The translations under genes were made by a program, and so were the position numbers. Below are positions 1 to 9,090 of a stretch of 22,290 bases of DNA, one piece after another. Numbering within the stretch: the first letter of the stretch is position 1; every line of letters begins with the position of its first letter. The DNA is from Candidatus Fervidifonticultor sextus. GTDB taxonomy: Bacteria > Sysuimicrobiota > Sysuimicrobiia > Sysuimicrobiales > Humicultoraceae. A model generated the notes under the pieces. The model saw nothing but the letters and a program-made list of their open reading frames with translations. It did not search any database and was not told where the DNA came from. The stretch covers positions 1-22,290 of the forward strand of contig JAVKHQ010000038.1 in the NCBI GenBank assembly GCA_031459875.1. Reading direction: 5' to 3'.

Positions 1-792
1 CTCGAAGTGCGGCACGAGCCAGGCCGCGTCCGTCGCGTAGCGGTGGAACCCGCCCCCGAGGTGGTCGAAGATGCCTCCACGGGCCATCCGCGTCAGGGTG
101 GATTCGGCCATGGTCAGCGCCGCACGTTCGCCGGTCCGCAGGTAGGTGCGCAGGAGGAACTCGACCGTCATCGGCTGGGGGAACTTCGGCGCGCCGCCCC
201 AGCCGCCGCGGGCGAGGTCGTACTGCCGCTCCAGCGTCCGGTAGGCGGCATCGAGGACTCCGACACCCAGCGCCTGCGGTTCCGTCGCCAGGGCGGGGCG
301 GCGCAGGCTCTCCAGCAGCGCCGCCCCGCCCCGCTCGACGTCGTCGCGCCGGGTGCGCCAGAGGTCGGCGATGGCGCGCAGGACCTCGAGAAACGCGGGC
401 ATGCCGTGGCGCGGAACCGGCGGGTAGTAGGTGCCGCCGTAGAACGGCACGCCGGCGGGCGTGAGGAAGACGCTCATCGGCCAGCCGCCGTGCCCGGTCA
501 TGGCGATCACGGCCTGCATGTAGATCTGGTCGAGGTCCGGGCGCTCCTCGCGGTCGACCTTGATGGGGATGAAGTGCTCGTTGAGCACGGCGGCGACCTC
601 GGGGTCCTCGAAGGACTCGTGCTCCATGACGTGGCACCAGTGGCACGCCGCGTAGCCGATGCTGAGGAAGATCGGTTTGTCCTCCTCCCTGGCGCGCCGC
701 AGGGCTTCCTCCCCCCAGGGATACCAGTCCACGGGATTGTCGGCGTGCTGGCGCAGGTAGGGGCTGGTCTCGGTCGCCAGGCGATTCGGCAT
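1..792 (-). CDS. yyaL: Thioredoxin-domain protein YyaL/DUF255 (SSP411 family), N-terminal part; runs off the left edge
   Basis: Manual translation from ATG at 792 gives [63 protein letters not shown]...[11 protein letters not shown]...GGWP...APKFP...[19 protein letters not shown], which are the family's hallmark motifs. It is absent from the ORF track because its stop lies outside the window. Confidence 0.95.
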   Translation of the reverse strand, partial: MPNRLATETSPYLRQHADNPVDWYPWGEEALRRAREEDKPIFLSIGYAACHWCHVMEHESFEDPEVAAVLNEHFIPIKVDREERPDLDQIYMQAVIAMTGHGGWPMSVFLTPAGVPFYGGTYYPPVPRHGMPAFLEVLRAIADLWRTRRDDVERGGAALLESLRRPALATEPQALGVGVLDAAYRTLERQYDLARGGWGGAPKFPQPMTVEFLLRTYLRTGERAALTMAESTLTRMARGGIFDHLGGGFHRYATDAAWLVPHFE

Positions 793-810
793 GGTAGTAT
801 GATTGTACCA
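792..810. promoter_or_regulatory. Overlapping divergent extended -10 elements
   Basis: AT-rich patch in the 43-bp divergent gap. Plus strand has TGGTAGTAT (792-800) and TATGAT (798-803). Minus strand has TGGTACAAT (810-802), 9 nt before the yyaL ATG. Confidence 0.55.
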
Positions 811-835
811 ATTCGGGCGGGTCGAGGTGAGGGCC

Positions 836-2461
836 ATGCGTGGGCCGCTGAGTCGTCCGGGAGTCTGGGTGGGGATGATGGTGCTCATCATCGCAGCGCT
901 CCTCCCGGCGTCGCTCGCCCGGGGCGGCGCCGCGCCGGCCGTCCGGAGGGGCGGCGAACTGGTCGCCGTCTACCGATCCGGCAACATCGAGAGCCTGGAC
1001 CCGCCCAGCGCCTCGGCCGGCACCGACTGGCGGATGGCCGGCCTGATCCTCTATAACGCCCTCTACCGCCACGACAGCGCCGGCAGACTGGTCCCCGACA
1101 TTGCCGAGCAGCCCCCCCGGATCAGCCCCAACGGGAAGATCTACACCATCCCGATCCGCCGCGGCGTCCTCTTCCACAACGGGCGCGAGGTCAAGGCCGC
1201 CGACGTGAAGTACTCGCTGGAGCGCCAGGCCCACCCCTCGGCGCGGAGCTGGGGGCCATCGTTTGCGGCCAACATCGCCGGCGCCAGGCCGGTCCTCGAA
1301 GGCAGGGCCACCACGATGTCCGGCATCGAGGTGCTCGACGACTACACGGTCCGCATCACGCTGGATCAGCCGCAGGCCGCGTTCCCCCAGATCCTCGCGA
1401 TGTCGATCAACGCCATCGTGCCCCGGGAAGAGGTCGAACGGTGGGGCCAGGACTTCCGGCTGCACCCGGTCGGGACCGGGCCGTTCCGGCTGGAGCGCTG
1501 GACGCCGGGGCAGGAGATCATCTTCGTGCGCAACCCCCGGTACTTCCGCCAGGGCACACCCCATCTCGACCGCATCGTCTACAAGTTGGGGGTGGACCCC
1601 ACCGTCGGGCTGCTGCGCTTCGAGCGCGGCGAGGCGGACTACCTGGCCGACGGTGTGGCCGCGCAGGACGTGCCGCGGGTGCGGGCCGATCCAAGACTCA
1701 GCCCGCTGGTCTTCATCGCCGACAACATCTACCTCTCGTTCCTCCTGATGAACACCGAGGCACCCCCGTTCAACGACGTGCGGGTACGGCGGGCGATGGC
1801 CATGCTGGTGGACCGCGACCGGCTGGTGCAGGTGGCCGGCGGCCTGGGCATCCCGGCCAGGGGATACATCATCCCGCAGATGCCCTGTTTCGATGCGACC
1901 TTCACCGGCGTGCCGCCCTACGACCCCGGCCAGGCAAGAGCGCTGCTGTCCGAGGCTGGCCATGCCGGCGGATTCTCGGTCAACCTGGATTCGTCCACGA
2001 CGGGCAGCATGCCGTTCTCGTCGGAGTGGCAGCAGGTCCTGCAGCAGAGCCTGGCCGCCGTCGGCGTGCGGGCGGAACTGCGGCGGTTCACCGGCGGGAC
2101 GCTGAGCCGCATGCTGGCCGACGGCGCCAGTACTTTCGCCCTCAACGGCTGGGGCGCCAGTTTCCTGGACCCCGTGGACCACATCGGGACCCTGGTGGTC
2201 AGCGACGGCGCCAACGCCCGGCGGGCCCGGTACCGCAACCCGGAGGTCGACCGCCTCTTCCTGCAGGCGGAGCGGACGGCGTCGGCGGAGGTGCGCTGCC
2301 GCTACTACCGGCAGATCAACAAGATGGCCCTGGACGACATGCCCATCATCCCGCTGGTGGTCATCCGCACGATGCACCTGCGCTCCCCGCGGATCGGCCA
2401 GTTCGTCTGGCATCCCATCTACAACGCGCCGATCTTCGAGGAGACCGCCCTGGGACGGTAG
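836..2461 (+). CDS. ABC transporter substrate-binding protein, family 5 (peptide/nickel/opine type)
   Basis: ATG at 836 follows GAGGTGA (824-830). Signal-peptide-like N-terminus; motifs [50 protein letters not shown]. Confidence 0.92.
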   Translation: MRGPLSRPGVWVGMMVLIIAALLPASLARGGAAPAVRRGGELVAVYRSGNIESLDPPSASAGTDWRMAGLILYNALYRHDSAGRLVPDIAEQPPRISPNGKIYTIPIRRGVLFHNGREVKAADVKYSLERQAHPSARSWGPSFAANIAGARPVLEGRATTMSGIEVLDDYTVRITLDQPQAAFPQILAMSINAIVPREEVERWGQDFRLHPVGTGPFRLERWTPGQEIIFVRNPRYFRQGTPHLDRIVYKLGVDPTVGLLRFERGEADYLADGVAAQDVPRVRADPRLSPLVFIADNIYLSFLLMNTEAPPFNDVRVRRAMAMLVDRDRLVQVAGGLGIPARGYIIPQMPCFDATFTGVPPYDPGQARALLSEAGHAGGFSVNLDSSTTGSMPFSSEWQQVLQQSLAAVGVRAELRRFTGGTLSRMLADGASTFALNGWGASFLDPVDHIGTLVVSDGANARRARYRNPEVDRLFLQAERTASAEVRCRYYRQINKMALDDMPIIPLVVIRTMHLRSPRIGQFVWHPIYNAPIFEETALGR

Positions 2462-2486
2462 GGATGGTGCCGGCGAAGGTCGCCCG

Positions 2487-4499
2487 GTGACGCCAGCCGG
2501 CCTCGGGCGCCCCGTGGAGGTCGAGGTCCGCCACGTCCTGGTCCCCACCCGCGACGGAACGCGACTGTCGGCGAACCTGTTCCGACCGGTCACCGAGCAG
2601 CGTGTTCCCGTCGCCGTCGAGTACACCCCCTACCGCAAGGACGACCTGCGGGGCGCCGCACGGGACTTCGGCCACTTCTACCTGGCCGAGCGCGGGATCG
2701 CCTCGGTGCAGCTCGACGTCAGGGGCACCGGCGCTTCCGATGGCTTCGTGACGGACGAGTACCAGTATCCCCAGGAGCAGCAGGACGGCTACGATGCGAT
2801 CGAGTGGCTGGCCTGCCAGGACTGGTGCAACGGCCGGGCCGGCATGTGGGGGACGTCGTATGCGGGCTTCACGGCGCTCCAGGTCGCGCAGGTCCAGCCG
2901 CCGTCCCTGTGTGCCATCGCGCCGATCTACGCCACCGACGACCGGTACACCGACGACATGCACTTCCGCGGCGGGGCGTTGGCCGGCTGGAGCGTCATCG
3001 GCCCCTACGCGCTCGGCATGGTGAGCCGCAATGCGCTCCCGCCGCATCCCGACTTAGCCGGAGACGACTGGAAGGCCGTCTGGGACCAGCGCCTGGAGCA
3101 GAACATCCCGTGGCTGATCCGCTGGCTCGATGAGCAACTCGACGGCGCCTACTGGCGGTCGACGCTGGGACGGATGTACGACCGGGTGACCGTGCCGACG
3201 CTGATCATTGGCGGGTGGGCCGACTTCTACGTCAATGCCTCGCTGCGCTGGTTCGCCAACCTGAAGGTGCCGAAGAAACTCATCATGGGGCCCTGGCCCC
3301 ACACCCCTCCGGATGCCGCGACCCCGGGCCCCAGGATCGACTTCATGCACGAGATCACCCGGTGGTTCAAGCAGTGGCTGGCAGACGAACCTACCGGCGT
3401 CACCGACGAGCCGCCCGTGACGGTGTTCATCCAGCACTTCCGCCGGCCGGACGCGCCGACCGACGTGGCTCCGGGAGTCTGGCGCTTCGAAGATACCCTC
3501 CCGCCGGCCCGCGCGGGGCAGCGCCGGTGGTTCTTCGGGGCCAGGAGCGACCTGACCCCTAGCCCGCCGGTCGCCGGCTTCGTCGTCGAGCGATCCTCTG
3601 TGCCCTTCGTGGGCTTCGCCGACCTGGGCTTCGCCGGTGGAGCGGTCGGGTGGGGCGAGCAGGCAGCCAACGAGGCGTTCTCCATCGTCTTCACATCGAA
3701 ACCCCTGGCCGCGGACACGGAGATACTGGGTTCCCCCCAGGTGTCGCTCTTCGTCTCGACGACCTCAGAGGTCGCGTTCGTCGCGGTCCGGCTCTGCGAC
3801 GTGGCCCCAGACGGCGCCTCCACGCTGGTCTGCAAGGGCCTCCTCAACGCGACGCGCCGGAACGGGATGGACCGCGCTGAGCCGCTGACCCCGGGTGAGG
3901 TTTATGCGCTGACCTTCCCCCTGGATGCCGTCTCGTGGGTCTTCCCGAAAGGGCACCGCATCCGGGTCGCGGTCTCCGGCGCCGACTTCCCGGACGTCTG
4001 GCCGTCGCCGCAGCGGGGAGTCCTGCGGGTGCACTGCGGGTCATCCCACCAAAGCAACATCACGCTGCCGGTGGTGCCCCCCGCCAGGCCGCGGCACCCG
4101 CAGCCGGCCCTGCTCCCTCCGCCGCCGCGGCGCTCGCGGTTCGAGCACGCGGTCGAGAGGCCGGCCGTCACGATCACCTACGACGTGGCCCACCGCACAA
4201 TGACGGCGCGCCGTGAACTGTGCGAGGTGGTCCGCTGCCCCGACGGCGTCACCGTGGTCAGCAGCGAGCACCGGACCGAGATGACGGTCTCGGCCACCGA
4301 CCCTGCCGCGGCCGGTGCGACCGCCTGGGACCGCAAGATCCTGCGCCGCCCCGATCTGGAGGTCGAGAGCACGGCGACGGCCGAACTGAAGAGCACGGAG
4401 AGGGAATTCCACCTGGACCTCGAACTCCACGTGACGTTCAACGGAACCCCCTACCGGCACAGGCGCTGGACCCGGACGATCCCCCGCAGGCTGCTCTGA
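2487..4499 (+). CDS. CocE/NonD family serine hydrolase (peptidase S15-like)
   Basis: Motifs RDGTRLSANLFRP, YTPYRKDD, DVRGTGASDG, nucleophile GTSYAG, GGWAD and GPWPH, plus a C-terminal jelly-roll region (VRLCDVAPDG; GHRIRVAVS). Confidence 0.92.
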   Translation: MTPAGLGRPVEVEVRHVLVPTRDGTRLSANLFRPVTEQRVPVAVEYTPYRKDDLRGAARDFGHFYLAERGIASVQLDVRGTGASDGFVTDEYQYPQEQQDGYDAIEWLACQDWCNGRAGMWGTSYAGFTALQVAQVQPPSLCAIAPIYATDDRYTDDMHFRGGALAGWSVIGPYALGMVSRNALPPHPDLAGDDWKAVWDQRLEQNIPWLIRWLDEQLDGAYWRSTLGRMYDRVTVPTLIIGGWADFYVNASLRWFANLKVPKKLIMGPWPHTPPDAATPGPRIDFMHEITRWFKQWLADEPTGVTDEPPVTVFIQHFRRPDAPTDVAPGVWRFEDTLPPARAGQRRWFFGARSDLTPSPPVAGFVVERSSVPFVGFADLGFAGGAVGWGEQAANEAFSIVFTSKPLAADTEILGSPQVSLFVSTTSEVAFVAVRLCDVAPDGASTLVCKGLLNATRRNGMDRAEPLTPGEVYALTFPLDAVSWVFPKGHRIRVAVSGADFPDVWPSPQRGVLRVHCGSSHQSNITLPVVPPARPRHPQPALLPPPPRRSRFEHAVERPAVTITYDVAHRTMTARRELCEVVRCPDGVTVVSSEHRTEMTVSATDPAAAGATAWDRKILRRPDLEVESTATAELKSTEREFHLDLELHVTFNGTPYRHRRWTRTIPRRLL

Positions 4500-4562
4500 G
4501 GACCTTTGGCCCCTGGTCGTCCCCTGAGGCTACCGGAGCGACCGGCACCGGGCGCCGGCGGC

Positions 4563-5489
4563 CTAACTCTGTGCGCGGAGCCTGGGGTCCAACAGCGGGT
4601 AGATCAGGTCCAGGACCAGGTTCACGATCCCGACGATGACCGCCGCTACCAGCACCGTCCCCATCGCCAGCGGGACGTCGAACCGCAGCACCGCCTCCAC
4701 CATCTGCGCGCCGATGCCGGGCCAGCCGAAGACTGCCTCGATCACGACCAGCCCGCTGGCAAAGTTGGCCAGGTCCAGGCCCCACATGGTGACGACGGGG
4801 ATCAGCGCGTTGCGCAGCGCGTGCGTGATGACCACGCGCCGCTCGGAGAGCCCTTTGCTGCGCGCCGTGCGGACGTAATCGCGCGCGAGCACATCCAGCA
4901 GCGTCGAGCGGATCACCCGCGCATACCAGCCGGCATAGGCGATCCCCACGGCGAGCGCGGGCAGGATCACGTGGCGGACTCCACCGTACCCGCCAAGGGG
5001 CAGCCACCCCAGGCGCGCGCCGACCAGGTAGAGCAGGAACAGGCCGATCCAGAAGTGCGGCAGGCCGAGGGTGACCAGCGTGCCCACCATCGCGATCCGG
5101 TCGAAGGCGCTGCCCTGCCGCACCGCCGAAAGGACCCCCACCGGCAGCCCGATCGCCGCCTCGGCGACCACACAGGCCAGCGCGAGCTGGACCGACGGCC
5201 CCAGGTGCGAGAGCAGCAGTTCGTTCACCGACCGGCCGTACACGTAGGAGCGGCCCAGGTCGCCCTGCAGCAGCCGCCACAGGTAGCGGCCGTACTGCAT
5301 GTAGAGGGGCTGGTCCAGGCCGAGCACCTTGCGGACGTTTTCGGTCACATCCGGGGTGGCCTGGGGGCCCGCGATCGCCGCGCCCGGGTCCTGGGGGACG
5401 GCGAACATCAGGAGAAACGTCACCGTGGCCACGACCCAGACGAGCAGCACAATGCCGGCCAGGCGGGCCGGGAGGTCCCGGAGCGTCAT
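4563..5489 (-). CDS. Peptide/nickel ABC transporter permease, DppB/OppB-like
   Basis: Motifs GLDQPLYMQY, GDLGRS, EAA-loop DYVRTARSKGL, HALRNALIP, IEAVFGWPGIG, LDPRLR. GGGAG RBS upstream. Confidence 0.93.
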   Translation of the reverse strand: MTLRDLPARLAGIVLLVWVVATVTFLLMFAVPQDPGAAIAGPQATPDVTENVRKVLGLDQPLYMQYGRYLWRLLQGDLGRSYVYGRSVNELLLSHLGPSVQLALACVVAEAAIGLPVGVLSAVRQGSAFDRIAMVGTLVTLGLPHFWIGLFLLYLVGARLGWLPLGGYGGVRHVILPALAVGIAYAGWYARVIRSTLLDVLARDYVRTARSKGLSERRVVITHALRNALIPVVTMWGLDLANFASGLVVIEAVFGWPGIGAQMVEAVLRFDVPLAMGTVLVAAVIVGIVNLVLDLIYPLLDPRLRAQS

Positions 5490-5520
5490 GCGGACTCCCG
5501 ACGCAGGGCGCCTGAGGCCA

Positions 5521-6417
5521 TCATGCGGGACCCCTCCGGCGGATGCTGCCCGTGGGGTCTAACGCATCGCGCAGGCCGTCGCCCAGCAGGTTGAAACTGA
5601 CGACTGTCGCAGCGATCGCTGCCCCGGGGAACAGGAAGATCCAGGGCGCACTGCGATAGGCACGGGCGCCCTCGTAGATGATGGAGCCCCACGACGCCGT
5701 GGGCGGCTGCACGCCCAGACCCAGGAAACTCAGCGACGCCTCCGCCAGGATCGTCGCCGGGACCCGCAGCGTGAAGTAGACGATGACCAGCGGCACCAGT
5801 TGCGGCAGCACGTGGGCCGCAAGGATGCGGGCCGTGCCGGCGCCAATAGCCCTTGCGGCATCGATGAACTCGTGCTGCATCACCGAGAGGACCTCGCTGT
5901 AAAGCACCCGTGCGGGGTAGGCCCACGCGAAGACGGACAGGACGAAGACGACCACCCAGATCCCGCGGGGGAGCACGCTGACCAGCGCCAGCATGAGCAG
6001 CAGGCTGGGGAAGCTCAGGACCGCGTTGACGATCCACAGCAGCACGGTCCGCGCGGCGCCGCTCGCGTACCCCGCCACGAGACCGACGGCCAGGGCGACT
6101 CCCAGCGCGATCACCGAGGACACCACGCCCACGGCCAGCGAGACCCGCGCCCCGTAGATGACGCGGCTCAGCAGGTCGCGGCCCAGCAGGTCGGCCCCGA
6201 ACAGGAACTCCCGGCCCGGCGCCGCCGGGGCCCCCAGGGGGGAGAGTCCGTGCGGGTGCTGGTAGTTGGGATCGTGTGGAGCCGCCAGCGGCGCCAGCAG
6301 AGCCAGGCCGACGAACAGCAGGACGCCCAGGCCCCCACCCAGGGCATAGCGATCCTGCCGGAGCACCTGCCAGGACCGCCCGGCGGCCGACAGGAACGGC
6401 TGTGGGGCGCGGGACAT
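5521..6417 (-). CDS. Peptide/nickel ABC transporter permease, DppC/OppC-like
   Basis: Start re-called to ATG 6417 (MSRAPQP...) after GGTGAGG. Motifs GADLLGRDLLSRVIYGARVSL, EFIDAARAIGA, EASLSFLGLG, FNLLGDGLRDALDP. Confidence 0.92.
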   Translation of the reverse strand: MSRAPQPFLSAAGRSWQVLRQDRYALGGGLGVLLFVGLALLAPLAAPHDPNYQHPHGLSPLGAPAAPGREFLFGADLLGRDLLSRVIYGARVSLAVGVVSSVIALGVALAVGLVAGYASGAARTVLLWIVNAVLSFPSLLLMLALVSVLPRGIWVVVFVLSVFAWAYPARVLYSEVLSVMQHEFIDAARAIGAGTARILAAHVLPQLVPLVIVYFTLRVPATILAEASLSFLGLGVQPPTASWGSIIYEGARAYRSAPWIFLFPGAAIAATVVSFNLLGDGLRDALDPTGSIRRRGPA

Positions 6418-6468
6418 CGGCCTCACCATATCGAACCTTTCGTTACCGTGTCCAGCCGGAGGTGCCGT

Positions 6469-6588
6469 GATGCCCGGGTCGAGGAACTCCCCGGCGCCCA
6501 CGCGCTGCACATCGTCTCGATGGCCCCGTTCCTCGAACTCCTCACCAGATTCCTCCAGCACGCACCGGAGGGTTCCCGGTCAATGTGA
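6469..6588 (+). pseudogene. Probable C-terminal remnant of an alpha/beta-fold hydrolase
   Basis: Frame reads DARVEELPGAHALHIVSMAPFLELLTRFLQHAPEGSRSM* with host-like G/C-ending codons. It resembles the catalytic-His loop and last helix of alpha/beta hydrolases, and has no plausible 5' part. Confidence 0.5.
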
Positions 6589-6615
6589 GACCGACGCCCG
6601 GGGAGTGAGCAGCCC

Positions 6616-7554
6616 ATGACGTCCCCTGAGCCCACGACGCCTGCACGCCGGCTGCGCCGGCGGCTGTCCGATCCCCGGCTGGTCGTCGCGCCCGGCGTCT
6701 TCGACGGGCTCTCGGCGCGCATCGCGACGGCCGCGGGGTTCGAGGCCCTCTACGCCAGCGGCGGCGCCATCGCCCGCAGCGCCGGGGTGCCCGACCTCGG
6801 CCTGCTGAGCGTCACCGAGGTGCTGGGCCGCCTCCGCGAGATCGTGGATGCCACCGACCTGCCGGTCATCGCCGACGCGGACACCGGCTACGGCAACGCC
6901 CTCAACGTCTACCGGACGGTGCGGGAGTTCGAACGCCTGGGCGTCGCCGCGCTCCACCTCGAAGACCAGGTGAGCCCCAAGAAGTGCGGGCACTATGCCG
7001 GCAAGTCCCTCATCCCCGCCGAAGAGATGGTGGGGAAACTGAAGGCGGCGCAGGACGCGCGGCGCAATCCCGACCTGGTCATCATCGCGCGGACGGACGC
7101 CCGCGCCGTGGAGGGGCTCGATGGCGCGATCCGCCGGGGAAACCTCTATGCCGCCGCGGGTGCGGACCTCGTCTTCGTGGAAGCCCCGGAGTCTGAAGAC
7201 GAACTGCGCACCATCGCCCAGGCGGTGCGCGCGCCGTTGCTGGTCAACATGTTCTGGGGCGGCCGCACCCCCCTGGTCTCCCCGGAGGCGCTGGCCGCCA
7301 TGGGCTACCGGGTGATGATCGTGCCGGGAGACCTGCAGCGGGCCGCCATCCGGGCGATGCAGGACGCCGCCGACGCCATCCGCCGGACCGGGACGGCCGC
7401 AGGCCTGGGTGAGCGCCTGGCCGGATTCGACGAGCGCGACGCCCTGGTGGATCTGGCGTTCTGGCAGCGCCTGGAAGAGCGGTACGCGGCGGCCGAGCGC
7501 GCCGCCGGCGGTGGCGGCCCGGCGGCCGGCCGTGCGGGGGGAGGCGCGGGGTGA
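6616..7554 (+). CDS. Isocitrate lyase/PEP mutase family C-C lyase (PrpB / dimethylmalate lyase-like)
   Basis: Motifs PGVFDGLSA, PDLG, DADTGYG, LEDQ, KKCGH, IIARTDA, FVEAP. GGGAG RBS at 6601-6605. Confidence 0.92.
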   Translation: MTSPEPTTPARRLRRRLSDPRLVVAPGVFDGLSARIATAAGFEALYASGGAIARSAGVPDLGLLSVTEVLGRLREIVDATDLPVIADADTGYGNALNVYRTVREFERLGVAALHLEDQVSPKKCGHYAGKSLIPAEEMVGKLKAAQDARRNPDLVIIARTDARAVEGLDGAIRRGNLYAAAGADLVFVEAPESEDELRTIAQAVRAPLLVNMFWGGRTPLVSPEALAAMGYRVMIVPGDLQRAAIRAMQDAADAIRRTGTAAGLGERLAGFDERDALVDLAFWQRLEERYAAAERAAGGGGPAAGRAGGGAG

Positions 7555-8981
7555 CGCTGGCGCAGCGGTTCGCCCGCTACGCCCACGACCTGGCGTACGA
7601 CCTGCTGCCCCCGCAGGTCGTCCACGAGGCGAAGCGCCGCATCATCGACGCGGTGGCGTGCGCGCTGGCGGCGGTCCGCGAGGCCCCGCCTGAGATGGCG
7701 CGGCGGGCGATGCGGCACCTGGCGCCGGCAGGCACCGCGACGATCCTGGGCACCGGCGAGCGCACGGCGCCGGACCTGGCCGCGTTCGTCAACGGGTATC
7801 TCGTCCGCTACCTAGACTACAACGACACCTACCTCTCAAAGGAAGCGCTCCACCCCTCAGACAACCTGGCCGGGCTGCTGGCGGTGGCCGAAGATCAGGG
7901 CCGCAGCGGGCGTGACCTGCTGGCGGCTCTCGTCGCAGCCTACGAGATCACCTGCCGCCTGGCGGACGCCAGCAGCATCCGCGACCGCGGATGGGACCAT
8001 GTGACCTACGGCAGCATCGCGGTGGCGACGGGAGCCGCCCGCCTGCTGGGATGCGATCCGGCGCGGATCGAGCAGGCCATCAACATCGCCACCGCCAGCG
8101 GCATCACCCTCCGCCAGACCCGGGTCGGCGAACTCTCCATGTGGAAGGGGGCGGCCTACGGCGGAGCCGGCCGCAACGCGGTGTTCGCCGCCTACCTGGC
8201 CCGGGAGGGGATCACGGGACCGGCCCCAGTCTTCGAGGGCCTGCGGGGCTTCATCGCACAGGTGTCAGGGCCGCTGGCCATCCCGAGGATGGCCGGCGAG
8301 AGGATCGCGGAAGATGAGGTCGAGGAGGCCCGCTGGGAGGAGGAGGGCGGCCCGCCGGAGCCGGCGGACGCCGGGCGGTTCAGGCTGCTGCACACGGACA
8401 TCAAGTACTGGCCGGCCGAGTACCACTCGCAGGCCGCGATCGCGGCGGCCCTCGGCCTCCGCTCGGACGGCCTGCGGCCCGAGGCGATCGAACGCGTGAC
8501 GATCCGCACCTTCAAGGTAGCCGTGGAGATCATCGGCGGCGAGCCCGAGAAGTGGGCGCCCAAGACGCGCGAGACCGCCGACCACAGCCTGCCCTACCTG
8601 GTCGCCGCTGCCCTGCTGGACGGGGAGGTCACCGAGCGCCAGTTCACCCCCGACCGCATCAGTCGCGCCGACATCCGGGCGCTGGTGGCCCGCACCGAAG
8701 TTGTCGAGGACCCGGCGTTGACCGCCGCCTATCCCGCCGGCATCCCCACGGTCGTGGAGGTGCGCGAGGCCGGCGGCCGCGTCCGGACGCGGCGGGTGGA
8801 CTTCCCGCCGGGGCACAGCCGCAACCCCCTCACCGACCCGCAGATCGACGAGAAGTTCCTGCGCCTGGCCGGCCCGGTGCTGGGTCCGCAGGCCCCGCAG
8901 GCGCTGGGGGCCCTGAGGGCGCTAGAGCGCTGCGAGGACCTCCGGACCCTGACCCCGCTGCTGGTCGGCGGCTCCAAGTAG
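7551..8981 (+). CDS. prpD: MmgE/PrpD family protein (2-methylcitrate dehydratase-like)
   Basis: Motifs RYLDYNDTY, HPSDN, GWDHV, TRVGELSMWKG, IKYWPAEYHSQ, RETADHSLPY, GHSRNP. GTGA overlap with the upstream gene. Confidence 0.88.
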   Translation: MTLAQRFARYAHDLAYDLLPPQVVHEAKRRIIDAVACALAAVREAPPEMARRAMRHLAPAGTATILGTGERTAPDLAAFVNGYLVRYLDYNDTYLSKEALHPSDNLAGLLAVAEDQGRSGRDLLAALVAAYEITCRLADASSIRDRGWDHVTYGSIAVATGAARLLGCDPARIEQAINIATASGITLRQTRVGELSMWKGAAYGGAGRNAVFAAYLAREGITGPAPVFEGLRGFIAQVSGPLAIPRMAGERIAEDEVEEARWEEEGGPPEPADAGRFRLLHTDIKYWPAEYHSQAAIAAALGLRSDGLRPEAIERVTIRTFKVAVEIIGGEPEKWAPKTRETADHSLPYLVAAALLDGEVTERQFTPDRISRADIRALVARTEVVEDPALTAAYPAGIPTVVEVREAGGRVRTRRVDFPPGHSRNPLTDPQIDEKFLRLAGPVLGPQAPQALGALRALERCEDLRTLTPLLVGGSK

Positions 8982-9021
8982 CCGGACGGCACGGCCGCGG
9001 CACAGGGGAACCTCTGCCCCA

Positions 9022-9043
9022 TGATAGAATTATTCACAATAAT
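9022..9043 (+). promoter_or_regulatory. Extended -10 promoter with adjacent palindromic operator
   Basis: TG-A-TAGAAT (9022-9030) overlaps the perfect inverted repeat ATTATT-CAC-AATAAT (9029-9043). RBS GGAGGT at 9079-9084 precedes ATG 9091. Confidence 0.7.
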
Positions 9044-9090
9044 CCTCTTTCGTCCCGACACTGGAGCATGAGATTCCTGGAGGTGGTAAG

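Noticed and set aside
7..1056. 349-aa plus-strand ORF
   Set aside because: Antisense shadow of the clearly recognisable yyaL gene; no family motifs.
4500..4567. Convergent intergenic gap with GCCTAAC, as a possible attC or terminator
   Set aside because: GCCTAAC overlaps the permease stop codon. There is no matching core site and no convincing hairpin with a U-tract.
5557..5597. GTCTAAC motif resembling an attC end
   Set aside because: Lies inside the conserved DALDP coding sequence of the permease, with no complementary arms or properly spaced GTTRRRY.
6470..6619. 49-aa ORF with GGAGG upstream and an ATGA overlap with the lyase start (possible leader peptide)
   Set aside because: Ser/Pro/Arg-rich composition typical of an off-frame read. 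The overlapping frame looks more protein-like, and the lyase has its own RBS. Not fully excluded.
6616..8981. Calling a complete methylcitrate cycle (prpBCD)
   Set aside because: No full-length PrpC, PrpE or aconitase is present. The lyase loop KKCGHYAGK does not distinguish PrpB from related lyases.
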